64,000 nt of DNA, from assembly GCA_023422005.1 (NCBI GenBank), contig JAEZSC010000076.1, positions 5,282-69,281 on the forward strand, written 5' to 3'. Every line of letters begins with the position of its first letter. Positions within the stretch are counted from its first letter, which is position 1. This document shows positions 62,029-64,000 of this stretch, one piece after another. The stretch is from Bacillota bacterium. GTDB taxonomy: Bacteria; Bacillota; Clostridia; Christensenellales; UMGS416. The notes below the pieces were generated by a model that was given only the letters and a program-made list of their open reading frames with translations, did not search any database and had not been told where the DNA came from. The position numbers and the translations under genes are program-made.

Positions 62029-64000
62029 ATGAAACTACGCTTTGAACCTCCGGGCAGCCTGGCCGGCCAGATGGCCGGCGCCATATATGTGCTGCCCTTC
62101 GACATCGGCGCCGACGGGCAGGCCTGCGAAGGCTGGCTGGCCGTGACGGAGCAATCCATCCGGGTTTTCACAGGCGGCGAGCTGCTGCGCACGCTGCCGA
62201 TGGAAGGCCTCAAGGAGATCAAGGTATCCCCCTTCATCGGCTGCGGATTGCTGGAGGGGGTATGGGCGGACGGCGCCCAGGCCATCTGCCGGTTCACCCA
62301 GGGCCGGCTGCGCTATTTCGCGGAGCTGGCGTTGGTGCTGAGCGCCTGGCGGGACACCGGCGTGTTTGCCGGCAGCGCCGAGACCGAGGAGCTGACCTGC
62401 CACATCTGCGGCAAGCCGCTGATCGAGGGCAGCTCCATCTGCCCCAACTGCACCAGCACCACGAAGATGTTCGCCAAGCTCTTCAAGATTTCCGGGCCTT
62501 ATAACAGAGCATTTCTTGTGTCCGGGCTCATCCTGGTGCTCTCGGCTGCCTGCCGGCTGCTGGTGCCTTACCTCTACCGCCTGATCGTGGACGACCATCT
62601 GACGCCCCGCAACCCCGACGTCGCCGGCCTGCTGGTGCTGGCCGGCCTGGCGCTGGCGTGTTATGCGGCGGAATCGCTGACCTTCATCTGGAGCTCCCGC
62701 ATCAACAACCGCGCCAGCTCCGCGCTGGCCAACCAACTTCGCACGATGGCCTACACCAAGGTGCAGCTGCTGTCCATGTCGTCTCTCTCTCGCAGGGCCT
62801 CCGGCGACCTGCTGAACCGCATCACCAACGACACCCAGCGCATCATGCAGTTCATCAGCGATTATGGCCGCTGGGCGCTAGAGCAGGGCATCGCCTTTCT
62901 GGGCGTGTCCGCGATCCTCTTCCTGTCGGATTGGAAGCTGGCGCTGATGGTGATGCTGCCGGTGCCCTTCGTCATGTTCATCGTGACGCGGTTCTGGCGC
63001 ATGATCCACCGCCGCTACGACAAGCAGTGGCGCAAACGCACGCGGGCCACGGCGATCCTACACGACATCATCAACGGCATCCGCGTGGTCAAGACCTTCG
63101 GAACGGAGAAGCTGGAGATCGGCAAATTCAGCCATGCCTCCCGCGACTTCGCCGAGACGTGCACGGACAATGAAAAGCTGTGGTCGGTGCTGTTCCCGTT
63201 GCTGGGCTTCGCCATCGGCTGCGGAGAATTCCTGGTGCTGTACTTCGGCGGCGCGGAAATCCTGGGCCGCCAGATGCAGCTGGGCGAGCTCGTGCAGTTT
63301 GTGAATTACGCGCTGTTCATCTACGGCCCGCTGCGCTGGCTCACCTTTGTGCCCCGCTGGTTCGCCGAGGCCGCCACCAGCACCGCGAAGATCTTCGAGA
63401 TCCTAGAGGAAGACCCGGACGTGAAGGACCGCGAGGACGCCCGGGACGTTGCGATCACCGGCGGCATCACCTTTGAAAACGTGACCTTCGGCTACAAGAG
63501 CTACGAGCCCGTGTTGAAAGGCGTCAGCCTGGACATCAAACCCGGCGAGATGATCGGCATCGTGGGGCATTCCGGCGTGGGCAAATCCACGCTGATCAAC
63601 CTGATCATGCGCCTGTACGACGTGAACGCCGGGCGCATCCTGATCGATGGCGTGGACATCCGCGACATCTCCCAGCGCTCGCTGCGCACCCGCGTGGGCG
63701 TCGTGTTTCAGGACACCTTCCTGTTCGCCGGCACGATCTATGATAACATCCGCTATGCCCGGCCCGACGCGCCGCCGGAGGAGGTTTTCGCGGCCTCCAA
63801 GATCGCCCACGCCCACGAGTTCATCATCAAGATGCCCGATGCTTATAACACGATGGTCGGCGAGCACGGCTACACGCTTTCCGGCGGCGAACGCCAGCGG
63901 GTGGCTATCGCCCGGGCCATGCTGCACAACCCGGCCATACTGATACTGGACGAGGCCACGGCGTCGCTGGACACCGAGACCGAAAGCCAGATACAGGAAG
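62029..64000 (+). CDS. Second ABC exporter (TMD+NBD) with a ~125-aa N-terminal domain and zinc ribbon; 3' end lies outside the window
   Basis: This is not in the ORF track because it has no stop in the window. GGGAGG lies 5 nt before ATG 62029. A ribbon CHIC...CPNC spans 62398..62451. Walker [10 protein letters not shown], the LSGGERQR signature and ILILDEAT are present. Confidence 0.9.
   Translation, partial: MKLRFEPPGSLAGQMAGAIYVLPFDIGADGQACEGWLAVTEQSIRVFTGGELLRTLPMEGLKEIKVSPFIGCGLLEGVWADGAQAICRFTQGRLRYFAELALVLSAWRDTGVFAGSAETEELTCHICGKPLIEGSSICPNCTSTTKMFAKLFKISGPYNRAFLVSGLILVLSAACRLLVPYLYRLIVDDHLTPRNPDVAGLLVLAGLALACYAAESLTFIWSSRINNRASSALANQLRTMAYTKVQLLSMSSLSRRASGDLLNRITNDTQRIMQFISDYGRWALEQGIAFLGVSAILFLSDWKLALMVMLPVPFVMFIVTRFWRMIHRRYDKQWRKRTRATAILHDIINGIRVVKTFGTEKLEIGKFSHASRDFAETCTDNEKLWSVLFPLLGFAIGCGEFLVLYFGGAEILGRQMQLGELVQFVNYALFIYGPLRWLTFVPRWFAEAATSTAKIFEILEEDPDVKDREDARDVAITGGITFENVTFGYKSYEPVLKGVSLDIKPGEMIGIVGHSGVGKSTLINLIMRLYDVNAGRILIDGVDIRDISQRSLRTRVGVVFQDTFLFAGTIYDNIRYARPDAPPEEVFAASKIAHAHEFIIKMPDAYNTMVGEHGYTLSGGERQRVAIARAMLHNPAILILDEATASLDTETESQIQE

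Overview
The window is one contiguous, chromosome-like segment from a high-GC Gram-positive genome, probably Clostridia. Supporting signs are strong GGAGG Shine-Dalgarno sites, a SpoVB-type flippase, and LplABC/YesMN-type sugar modules. I support about 58 protein-coding genes. Three of them are absent from the ORF track: a 34-codon gene start at the left edge, a 34-aa micro-ORF and a 58-aa ferredoxin. I recognised no rRNA, tRNA, CRISPR array, transposase, integrase, phage gene or classical defence cassette. All family calls come from motifs read by eye, with no searches run.

Gene layout by region:
- **1-2531:** glycosylasparaginase-like fragment, Gfo/Idh/MocA oxidoreductase, then a divergent GtrA plus PP2C phosphatase.
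- **2807-6909:** micro-ORF and sbcDC.
- **7079-9892:** two tandem small membrane paralogs, a ferritin-like protein, and a SpoVB/MurJ-like flippase.
- **9965-11010:** a lower-GC islet carrying an orphan gene.
- **11054-12658:** trxA, Crp/Fnr regulator, rhodanese and a mini-ferredoxin.
- **12803-24603:** sugar module 1, with 2 URO-D-family proteins, LplBC-type permeases, a lipoprotein SBP, a DUF5054/GH38-like protein, a divergent YesN/YesM-type two-component system, and DUF2961/GH172.
- **24893-27827:** Gfo/Idh/MocA, xylose-isomerase-like TIM barrel, and AraC regulator.
- **27887-33099:** operon of an AraC-fusion, GH18, GH130, MurQ and a frameshifted MurK-like kinase.
- **33277-40025:** operon of an E2-like acyltransferase, AMP-ligase, GH78-like protein, Gfo/Idh/MocA and GNAT.
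- **40054-54919:** sugar module 2, with YesN/YesM, 2 permeases, an SBP, 3 tandem FAD oxidoreductases, a 2-hydroxyacid dehydrogenase, a URO-D-family protein and DUF4038.
- **54978-58020:** AraC regulator, FG-GAP propeller and Gfo/Idh/MocA.
- **58137-58889:** xth.
- **59241-64000:** ABC exporter, DUF1854, ABC exporter.

The best candidates for undescribed biology are:
- the oxidoreductase-rich, glycosidase-poor sugar loci, carrying FAD x3, Gfo/Idh/MocA x4 and URO-D x3;
- the E2-like (His-to-Glu) acyltransferase with an AMP-ligase operon;
- the GH18-GH130-MurQ-MurK fusion operon;
- the zinc-ribbon ABC-DUF1854-ABC cassette.

Many long ORFs in the track are antisense shadows typical of high-GC DNA, and I rejected them.
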